This document shows, piece after piece, positions 18,824 to 25,031 of a DNA stretch of 64,000 bases. The notes beneath the pieces were generated by a model. That model was not told the origin of the DNA. It worked only from the letters and a program-made list of their open reading frames with translations, and did not search any database. The stretch is from contig JAGNLY010000001.1 of NCBI GenBank assembly GCA_017999345.1, positions 156,535 through 220,534 on the forward strand, written 5' to 3'. Source of the stretch: Candidatus Woesebacteria bacterium (GTDB lineage Bacteria; Patescibacteriota; Microgenomatia; UBA1400; PJMF01). The position numbers and the translations under genes are program-made. Every line of letters starts with the position of its first letter. Positions within the stretch are counted from its first letter, which is position 1.

Positions 18824-19468
18824 ATGAGAACTAAAACTATTGGCGAAGCTCTTAAAGAAGAGAGAGTTAGCCATCGCCTTCTAATTGAAGACTTATCAAA
18901 GAGAACAAGAATCAGAGTTAACTATCTTGAGGCGTTGGAAGAAAATAGATTTTCTGAATTACCCTCAACTACTTTTGTTAAAGGCTACATAAAGACCTAC
19001 GCAAAGATTTTTGGTTTTGATCATAAGCCATTGATTGCAATGCTTAGACGTGACTATAAGGAAAGTGCCAAGGGCAGACTTGTTCCTAGAGAATTTATCA
19101 AACCAATTTTTAAAAGACGGTCCTCGCGAACATCAATCACTCTCGTCATGGTGGCTCTTATCAGTATTTTTCTTAGTTTAGTGGGATATATTGGTATTCA
19201 ATGGCACAACTTGAACAAACCACCGGAATTAATTATCACCAGTCCGGGTGAGCAAGACGTTGTTTCATCAAAGGTTGTAATTGAAGGAAAGACAATTCCA
19301 GACGCAGTTTTGCTAGTCAATAATCAGCCTATTTCTTTACAGCCATCTGGAGAATTCAAATCTGAAATATTGATCCCCACTGAAGGAATCGCAATTATTA
19401 CAATAGAATCAAGAGACAGAAGAGGTAAAGTCAATACCGTTCAGCGTTCAGTTAATGTCCAATTTTAA
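18824..19468 (+). CDS. RodZ-like HTH membrane protein
   Basis: The N-terminal HTH IGEALKEERVSHRLLIEDLSKRTRIRVNYLEALEENRF...FVKGYIKTYAKIFG is followed by a single TM helix and an extracytoplasmic domain. Confidence 0.7.
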   Translation: MRTKTIGEALKEERVSHRLLIEDLSKRTRIRVNYLEALEENRFSELPSTTFVKGYIKTYAKIFGFDHKPLIAMLRRDYKESAKGRLVPREFIKPIFKRRSSRTSITLVMVALISIFLSLVGYIGIQWHNLNKPPELIITSPGEQDVVSSKVVIEGKTIPDAVLLVNNQPISLQPSGEFKSEILIPTEGIAIITIESRDRRGKVNTVQRSVNVQF

Positions 19469-19524
19469 GCAAAATGCTCATTTTTGTTGTATGATTAGAT
19501 AAGAAAAAAATATAAAAGGATCTC

Positions 19525-19812
19525 ATGGAAGTTTTACCAATAATATTTGCTGTAGTAGTTGTTGTATTAACCATTGTCTTGAGTGTGGTCGGCGTACAGG
19601 TGGTTATGGTTTTGGCAGAAATCAAGAAAACCTTAAGAAGGGTCAATGATACTTTAGAAGTTGTTGAAGAAAAAATTCATATAATTACAAATCCATTTCA
19701 AAATCTAGGTGGAGCGCTAGCAGGAATTAAAACAGGCATGCAATTTTTTGAGGCTTTCACATCTTGGCTAGGAAAGAGCAAAAAAGATGATGATGACGAA
19801 GAAGATAAATAA
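19525..19812 (+). CDS. Small membrane protein with acidic tail, unknown function
   Basis: 95 aa with an N-terminal TM helix, a helical middle and a KKDDDDEEDK tail. Confidence 0.45.
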   Translation: MEVLPIIFAVVVVVLTIVLSVVGVQVVMVLAEIKKTLRRVNDTLEVVEEKIHIITNPFQNLGGALAGIKTGMQFFEAFTSWLGKSKKDDDDEEDK

Positions 19813-19836
19813 TACTTTATTCAGAGGATCTTTTTG

Positions 19837-20202
19837 ATGGTAGAAAAAGAAGAAAATAATTTTTCATTGGGTTTTGTTGTTGGGGCACTTGTTGGTGTCA
19901 CAGCTTATTTTTTGACCAAAACTAAAGAAGGCCAGGATATCAAAAAACAGGCTTCAGTTAAATGGGATAACATTAAGAAAAAACTAGAGAATGAAGGGAT
20001 TATTTCTAAAAATACCAAAGATTTTCCCGATATTATTTTTAACTTTAGAAAAAAAATTTTCACTTATTTAAATGAAGAAATGTCAAAACATCACAAGAAT
20101 CCTTCTTCAGTGAAATCTAAAAGAGGTAGACCAAAAACAAAAGCTCCTGAAAAAAATGAAGACAAAACAAGTCTTAGAAAAAAAATGTTCAAGGGAATAT
20201 AG
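19837..20202 (+). CDS. YtxH-like small protein
   Basis: A hydrophobic N-terminus GFVVGALVGVTAYFLTKTKEG is followed by a basic tail (KRGRPKTK). AGGA lies 9 nt upstream of ATG 19837; the track start at 19834 is TTG. Confidence 0.55.
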   Translation: MVEKEENNFSLGFVVGALVGVTAYFLTKTKEGQDIKKQASVKWDNIKKKLENEGIISKNTKDFPDIIFNFRKKIFTYLNEEMSKHHKNPSSVKSKRGRPKTKAPEKNEDKTSLRKKMFKGI

Positions 20203-20205
20203 TTT

Positions 20206-20388
20206 TTACTTGCCAAGCGCCATTCGAATCATCATTTTCAAAGCATCCAAAATAGCTTTTAATGCTAAAGCTATCCAATTAGCAATGAATTTTATTGTGC
20301 CATCGGCAATATTTGTTGATCTTTTTTTGAATTCCGGAGAGTTTACAAAACTTTGGAATCCTGATGTTTGTTCATTTTGCATTTGCAT
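20206..20388 (-). CDS. Possible 60-aa peptide with amphipathic C-terminal helix (last ORF of the orphan locus)
   Basis: ORF MQMQNEQTSGF...IANWIALALKAILDALKMMIRMALGK lies 48 nt downstream of the 559-aa gene on the same strand. No clear SD. It competes with a junk-like plus-strand ORF (20156..20401). Confidence 0.3.
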   Translation of the reverse strand: MQMQNEQTSGFQSFVNSPEFKKRSTNIADGTIKFIANWIALALKAILDALKMMIRMALGK

Positions 20389-20436
20389 AAGTAATTGTTA
20401 ATTATAATGTGCGTTGGATGATATGGCAATGATTTA

Positions 20437-22116
20437 TTAATTTTGTTTAAGTTTTGCTAAATTAATATTTACCATCTCTTTTTGAAGTAACATTTTTATT
20501 AAGACTGCAATTGTGACATTATCCCATCTTAAAGATCTAATTCCTTCAACAGCATCAAATATCGAGATCGCTCGCCAAGGTTTAGTAGAATTATTAATTG
20601 TCTCCGCAGTTGTTTCATTGTTGGCAAAACCAATATTATGGTGGTCACGATGTATACCGCTATTTCTACTAAATGGACACTCTAGGTGTTGATCAAAGTT
20701 ATTTGGATCATCGCGCCAGATTGTTAGCTGTTCGCCTCCATCTCTCCAGTTTTGGACAACTTCCATGGCAATTGAAAGATCACTGATGTTTTCACCAGTT
20801 AGTGTGGTTTCTTTAAGTGTTAAAATTTCATTTTCAAATAGCCAAGTACCCAACATTGCAATTGAAAAAGAATCGGTAAAAGAATGACCATCTCTAATGG
20901 CATTAATTGTGTCTTCTATTTTCATCCAAGTTGGAACTAGTTGCTCAACATTTTTAAGCGGCTCAGTTGATTTGGAGCCGGTGGGATTAAATTCAAGCTC
21001 ATCAGGAATTTGAACTGTTATTTGTCTTGAATGAACGTCTTCAAGGACTGTGTCTGATTTCATCATTTTCTGGCTCTTTATTTTTACAGAGGTTTCACTT
21101 GTAATACCAACTTCATTTTCTAAAATATAGTTTGCCAAAATAGAGTTAATGATTTTTCTAATATTAAATCCTCTAGGTAGTTCGTAAGCAATTCCTTCAA
21201 ATCCTTCTGCTTGACCATTTAATCTATTCAATTGAATTACCATGATGTGTGCTTCGCCATTAATATTTGTAGTGATTGTGTAGGTTGATCCTTCATGAAT
21301 TTCTTGTGTTTCCGGGTTTACTTCACTGCGATTAATTAACCTTGTTCGAGTCGAACCATCTTTCATTTTAAATACAACTACAGAATAAAATTTATCACTA
21401 GCTTGAGAAAAAGTTATTCCTTCAGCACCTTCCATTACATTTGATTGTTCACTTTCTTTAACAATTAAATTTGGAGATAAAGGTATTCTTTTGCCATCAT
21501 ATTCAGCTTCAACTTTTTGGTAATGAGCATTAATAAAATCAAATTGCTCTTGTGTAAGTCGAATTGATTCAAATGAAGGGGAATTTTCAGCCATCCTTTG
21601 CATTTCTTGACTATTTCCTGTCAAACAAACTGGAAAAGAAGCAGGAAGCGATTTTTTCTCCATGATTATGGACATCAATAGTTGTTTTGGAGCTTCGCCA
21701 ATCAACGGAGGACCTGGGTCCATTGCAAAAGTTACCATAAATAAATTTTCTGCAATTTGTTGGACAGGTGGTACTTCTTCATATTCCATTCCTTTTAGTA
21801 TTTCTCTTTTGAATAATAAAGGAGTATGTCTAACTTCTTTTTTTCCATGTTCATTAACAACCTCAACGGCCAATAATTGGCTAGGAGTATGCATGACAAA
21901 TGAGCCATCAAGATTTGTTGGCAGTTCTGCAATCCGAAACTCATTAAACTCATGTTGTTTAAGAAATTGGTTTAACGCATCTCGATATCTTTCTAGATTT
22001 TCAATGGAATTTGCCAATGGTTCACGACTAAATCGATTGCCAGCGCTCACCACAAATTGTTCAAGAACAGTTCCTCTTTGTGTGATATTTTGGACAAACC
22101 TTTCCTGTCTATTCAT
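20437..22116 (-). CDS. Orphan 559-aa protein with internal degenerate Nudix-like core
   Basis: AAGGA lies 7 nt upstream of ATG 22116 (the track TTG at 22131 is less likely). The start overlaps the upstream stop by 8 nt (ATGAATAG). Residues around INGEAHIMVIQLNRLNG...YELPRGFNIRKIINSILANYILENEVGI align with the 235-aa protein and with Nudix-box spacing. No TM or signal sequence. Confidence 0.75.
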   Translation of the reverse strand: MNRQERFVQNITQRGTVLEQFVVSAGNRFSREPLANSIENLERYRDALNQFLKQHEFNEFRIAELPTNLDGSFVMHTPSQLLAVEVVNEHGKKEVRHTPLLFKREILKGMEYEEVPPVQQIAENLFMVTFAMDPGPPLIGEAPKQLLMSIIMEKKSLPASFPVCLTGNSQEMQRMAENSPSFESIRLTQEQFDFINAHYQKVEAEYDGKRIPLSPNLIVKESEQSNVMEGAEGITFSQASDKFYSVVVFKMKDGSTRTRLINRSEVNPETQEIHEGSTYTITTNINGEAHIMVIQLNRLNGQAEGFEGIAYELPRGFNIRKIINSILANYILENEVGITSETSVKIKSQKMMKSDTVLEDVHSRQITVQIPDELEFNPTGSKSTEPLKNVEQLVPTWMKIEDTINAIRDGHSFTDSFSIAMLGTWLFENEILTLKETTLTGENISDLSIAMEVVQNWRDGGEQLTIWRDDPNNFDQHLECPFSRNSGIHRDHHNIGFANNETTAETINNSTKPWRAISIFDAVEGIRSLRWDNVTIAVLIKMLLQKEMVNINLAKLKQN

Positions 22117-23599
22117 GTTTTTGTCCTTCAAAAATTTTTTTCATAGAGGTTCTAAACCAATCTGCTAAAAGATAATGGATGGGCACTTCAATTACTAACT
22201 CACCAATACTAATTTTTGCCACGCTATCTATTGCGGATGGATTTTCTACAGTTGGCCTAAGCCTAAGACCATATTTTTCTGGCGTTGATTTAATAGATTT
22301 ACTTTTTGGTGCGGCCAATCCTTCTTCAGATGGCATGGTTCTGTGAAATGCAAAATTGGTCCTCCAAGGACTTAATTTATTAAAATTTAGGTTTCCTAAA
22401 TGTCTGAGTTTTGCTACGTCAGTTTCTGGAGCATCTGTCAAGCCATCACCAAATTGATAATGCAAGGTTGCTGCTTGATTGTCATTTTCAATAATTGTTT
22501 TTATTTTAATTGCTAAAGTTTCTATTGCTAGTTTAACAAATTCTTTATCGTTCATTAAACTTTTATAAAGATCCTCTGATTTTTCAGCATCTTGCTCGCT
22601 GACTAAGCCTTTTAAAATCGCAACTTCTTTAAGCAATGCTTCTTTGAAGTTCGGAGTAAGTATTCCTAAAACTTTCATCACTTGTTCTGGAATATTTTTG
22701 TATGATTCTAAGTTAAATAAATTTTCTTGTGCGAAATCTTGTAAAAATTTATTGTAGAAAAATCTTGGATTCTTATCTACAGAATCAGATCCAGAGGAAA
22801 TCCAAGCTACAGTGGGAATTTTTTGCCACGACTCAACGTCTAGCTCAGTTGCTTTTTGTTTATATATTTCTTCACTTTCAATCCAAAAATCGGTAATTTG
22901 TCTAGTTAAATTTTCTAAATTTAAAGATTCATTAGTTTGGGTTGTTGATATTTCAATATTAATTGCAGTTTGATCAATTTCACTTTGCCCAGTTAAGATT
23001 CCTGCAAGTTGTAAAAGTTTTTGAATATATTTTTGCAGATCATCTTGAGAAACCTTATCAGAAAGGATTGGTTCAACAGCAATTTTAAGTTTTAAATTTG
23101 CTTTAATAAATGCATCTTTTTTTTGGTATTGAGAGACAATCTCCATGAGCCCAACAATATTTTTGACTACTGCTAGTTCATTAATTGTTAAGATATCAGG
23201 GTTAATTTCACCCACCCAAAGAATTCCAAGATCAAGTTCTAATGGTTGTTTATTATTTAATGTCTCTATCACTTTTTGTTGTCGATTGCTCTGTATTTCT
23301 GCAGATAAACCGCTGGTTCTCATTTCGGCAGATGGATATAACTTCCATGCAATTTCATCTTCCCAAGTCTGTACACTTTCTGGAATTCTTTCGTTTTCTT
23401 TGGAATTTACAAAACTACCTGGATCTAATATTGTTTCTGCAATTTTTTGAGCGATGAGCTCTGCTTCAGGAAGTGCTGGATCTGTTTCAACGACAAGCTT
23501 ATCTTTGACCACTTGAACTTTTTCTAGTTGTGGCGAACCGGCAGCTATTTTTTCTAGCTGATCCTGAATTGATTGCCATTGTTCTGTCTTACTAATCAT
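22109..23599 (-). CDS. Orphan 496-aa protein, unknown function
   Basis: Long uninterrupted ORF. The track start at 23794 runs back through an intrinsic terminator and into the upstream gene, so ATG 23599 (MISKTEQWQ...) is preferred and ATG 23674 is the alternative. I recognise no motif. Confidence 0.7.
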   Translation of the reverse strand: MISKTEQWQSIQDQLEKIAAGSPQLEKVQVVKDKLVVETDPALPEAELIAQKIAETILDPGSFVNSKENERIPESVQTWEDEIAWKLYPSAEMRTSGLSAEIQSNRQQKVIETLNNKQPLELDLGILWVGEINPDILTINELAVVKNIVGLMEIVSQYQKKDAFIKANLKLKIAVEPILSDKVSQDDLQKYIQKLLQLAGILTGQSEIDQTAINIEISTTQTNESLNLENLTRQITDFWIESEEIYKQKATELDVESWQKIPTVAWISSGSDSVDKNPRFFYNKFLQDFAQENLFNLESYKNIPEQVMKVLGILTPNFKEALLKEVAILKGLVSEQDAEKSEDLYKSLMNDKEFVKLAIETLAIKIKTIIENDNQAATLHYQFGDGLTDAPETDVAKLRHLGNLNFNKLSPWRTNFAFHRTMPSEEGLAAPKSKSIKSTPEKYGLRLRPTVENPSAIDSVAKISIGELVIEVPIHYLLADWFRTSMKKIFEGQKHE

Positions 23600-23634
23600 A
23601 ATAAAAATAGTTAAATCAATCTTTAAATTACCAA

Positions 23635-23665
23635 AAACTAATACTTTTTGATTAAGTATTAGTTT
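23635..23665. promoter_or_regulatory. Perfect 12-bp inverted repeat (AAACTAATACTT-7 nt-AAGTATTAGTTT), candidate operator or 5' hairpin
   Basis: Read directly from the sequence. On the minus strand it starts immediately after a TATACT -10-like hexamer (23671..23666), between the terminator and the 496-aa gene start. Confidence 0.45.
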
Positions 23666-23730
23666 AGTATACATTTTTTGAGTAATGTTGGGGAGGGGGT
23701 GGACAGTGTTGGTGGGTCTACATTTGGGAA

Positions 23731-23760
23731 CAGAAAAGGGCGACCTTGCGGTCGCCCTTT
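23731..23760 (-). terminator. Rho-independent terminator after the 235-aa gene
   Basis: The minus strand reads AAAGGGCGACC-GCAA-GGTCGCCCTTTTCTG: an 8-11 bp GC stem, a GNRA loop and a U-tract. It lies 19 nt after the stop at 23779. Confidence 0.8.
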
Positions 23761-23778
23761 GCGTTCTGTATTGCTGGA

Positions 23779-24486
23779 TTATTCGTCTGGCCAAAGGGCA
23801 TCTTTGAGAAGCCCAATGCCGGCTACGGTGAACATGTCATCCATGTCAGCGTTCTGCAGAATCTTACTGACGGGCATGAAGATGCTCGCCACAAGACGTT
23901 TACCTGCAACATCTTCTTTATCTGAGGGAATCACTTCATTTTTGAATTTGAAGTATCCCATTCCAGAAATCAGTTGCAGCGCTCGTTTGTTGACGAGCAA
24001 TGAAAAGAACCGACAGCCCTCGCCTTGATTGGTTAGCAACCAAGCAGAGTTGCTGTTGAGTGCATTGCCAAGAGGATTTGTTTTGAACGGAACGTCCAAA
24101 CCAAATTCCACTTTAGCTGTTTCTTCCGCCAAGGTCAGGTGTTGCTGGCCTGGCTTCAAAAATGCTCGCGGCAGATTCAAAACTTCGCGACCGTTTCTCA
24201 TCTCACGAATGACAGCGACGTGAAGGTTTTTGCGTGTGTGTTCTCCATTAAAGAAGTACGCCACGCTAATGCTTCCACCACCACCTTTTTCGGTGGTAAC
24301 GAATGCATCATAACCTTCAGGTCGTTTACCATAGGAGATGGCTGCGCCAAGCCGTTCCTGGAAGGTATCAATCTTTGCGACTGCGGCCATGTCAATGACA
24401 GCCCCGTCTTTCAAAGTGATGATGCCAGTCCATCCTTGACCATCATTGATGGTCACGGGTCGTACGAATTCTCTTGCAGTAGTCAT
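23779..24486 (-). CDS. 235-aa Nudix/ADP-ribose-pyrophosphatase-like fold protein with degenerate Nudix box; G+C-rich
   Basis: AAAGGAAAAG lies 5 nt upstream of ATG 24486 (MTTAREF). VAVIREMRNGREVLNLPRAFLKPGQQHLTLAEETAKVEFGL has ADPRase-like spacing, but only the final E-x-G-U of the Nudix signature is kept. The C-terminal DMFTVAGIGLL resembles the ADPRase C-terminal helix. Sampled lines give about 47% G+C. Confidence 0.7.
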   Translation of the reverse strand: MTTAREFVRPVTINDGQGWTGIITLKDGAVIDMAAVAKIDTFQERLGAAISYGKRPEGYDAFVTTEKGGGGSISVAYFFNGEHTRKNLHVAVIREMRNGREVLNLPRAFLKPGQQHLTLAEETAKVEFGLDVPFKTNPLGNALNSNSAWLLTNQGEGCRFFSLLVNKRALQLISGMGYFKFKNEVIPSDKEDVAGKRLVASIFMPVSKILQNADMDDMFTVAGIGLLKDALWPDE

Positions 24487-24574
24487 GTTACTTTTCCTTT
24501 CGCATTGGCCTACTGGCCTCCGCACTAAGATTATTTTGCTCTTGGTCTACTGACTTCGAGCGCTTTGATTGTCC

Positions 24575-24594
24575 ACCTTCCAAACATGGAAGGT
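24575..24594 (-). promoter_or_regulatory. Small hairpin in the 5' leader of the 235-aa gene
   Basis: ACCTTCCA-AACA-TGGAAGGT: an 8-bp perfect stem with a 4-nt loop, about 90 nt upstream of the start codon. Confidence 0.4.
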
Positions 24595-24613
24595 AAGAAT
24601 CTGGAATCTTTTG

Positions 24614-24729
24614 TTCACAGATCCAGTTTAGGGGCGCGAGTTTCATTTTTTTTGTCAAACTAGGGTTTTTGCAAAATTGAGCAAAAAATTAAAAAAAAAC
24701 TTGAAACACCACCAAACTGGATCTGTGAA
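24614..24729. repeat. 116-bp palindromic element with 16-bp perfect terminal inverted repeats
   Basis: TTCACAGATCCAGTTT (24614-24629) and AAACTGGATCTGTGAA (24714-24729) are exact reverse complements. Inner arms also pair: GTTTCA+T8 with A8-9+TGAAAC, and an apical TTTTTGC-8 nt-GCAAAAA. Confidence 0.7.
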
Positions 24730-24767
24730 AAAGGAAAATATTATCCAACAATTTATTAAAGAACGAT

Positions 24768-24869
24768 GGTTTTTAGTTTAGTGAGTCGACAAAGTGGGAA
24801 AAATCCTACAAGTCAACTCAATCAACGATGACTGGAAACCAAAACCAGTCAAAGTGTTCTAAACTAACC
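24768..24869 (-). ncRNA. Candidate structured RNA (unclassified three-stem element) at the 5' end of the minus-strand transcript
   Basis: Closing stem TTAGTTTAG (24773-81) / CTAAACTAA (24859-67), plus flanking GG/CC. Long hairpin GAGTCGAC..GTGGGA-AAAA-TCCTAC..GTCAACTC (24783-24819). Hairpin TGACTGG-9 nt-CCAGTCA (24829-24851). The predicted TSS of the adjacent promoter falls on the closing stem. Strand is assigned from the promoter only. Confidence 0.4.
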
Positions 24870-24872
24870 TAT

Positions 24873-24901
24873 AGTATATCAATATAATCAACAAATGTCA
24901 A
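24873..24901 (-). promoter_or_regulatory. Near-consensus sigma70-type promoter (TTGACA-17-TATACT) on the minus strand
   Basis: The reverse complement of 24873-24901 reads TTGACA TTTGTTGATTATATTGA TATACT. Confidence 0.6.
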
Positions 24902-24993
24902 GTATTTTACTCAAGTAGGCTCAAAAATTTCCTGATTTGCAGGTTGCTCCCTAAAGGATTTTAAAATATAAAATCTGATAAAAATTTTTAACC

Positions 24994-25023
24994 AAGACAA
25001 ATATTCTGCAAATGCATTATAAT
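24994..25023 (+). promoter_or_regulatory. alaS promoter (AAGACA-18-TATAAT), near-leaderless
   Basis: TATAAT at 25018-25023 ends 8 nt before the alaS ATG at 25032. No SD sequence is present. Confidence 0.5.
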
Positions 25024-25031
25024 TCTGCTAT

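Noticed and set aside
21662-22168. 168-aa plus-strand ORF inside the orphan locus
   Set aside because: It is antisense to the much longer 559-aa ORF. It has a Ser/Cys/Asn-rich junk-like composition and no SD.
23600-23794. N-terminal extension of the 496-aa gene back to the track start at 23794
   Set aside because: The extension would read through the intrinsic terminator hairpin and overlap the upstream gene's 3' end. Its translated sequence (MARRIIQQYRTQRATARSPF...) looks non-coding.
23678-24528. Plus-strand ORFs (116, 64 and 129 aa) within the G+C-rich island, considered as the real genes there
   Set aside because: The minus-strand ORF is longer and continuous, has an AGGA-type SD, and is followed by a terminator oriented for the minus strand. 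The plus-strand ORFs are fragmented and lack starts with RBS.
24614-24729. Calling the 116-bp palindromic unit a mobile element (MITE/IS)
   Set aside because: There is no transposase, no evident target-site duplication and no second copy in this window. It is kept as a repeat or candidate RNA hairpin only.
24526-25031. T-box leader, tRNA, tmRNA, SRP RNA, RNase P RNA or 6S RNA upstream of alaS
   Set aside because: I saw no T-box consensus, tRNA T-loop (GTTCGAATC-like), GAGGAAAGTCC, or SRP domain IV motifs. The alaS promoter sits only 8 nt from its ATG, so the structured elements are not in the alaS mRNA.
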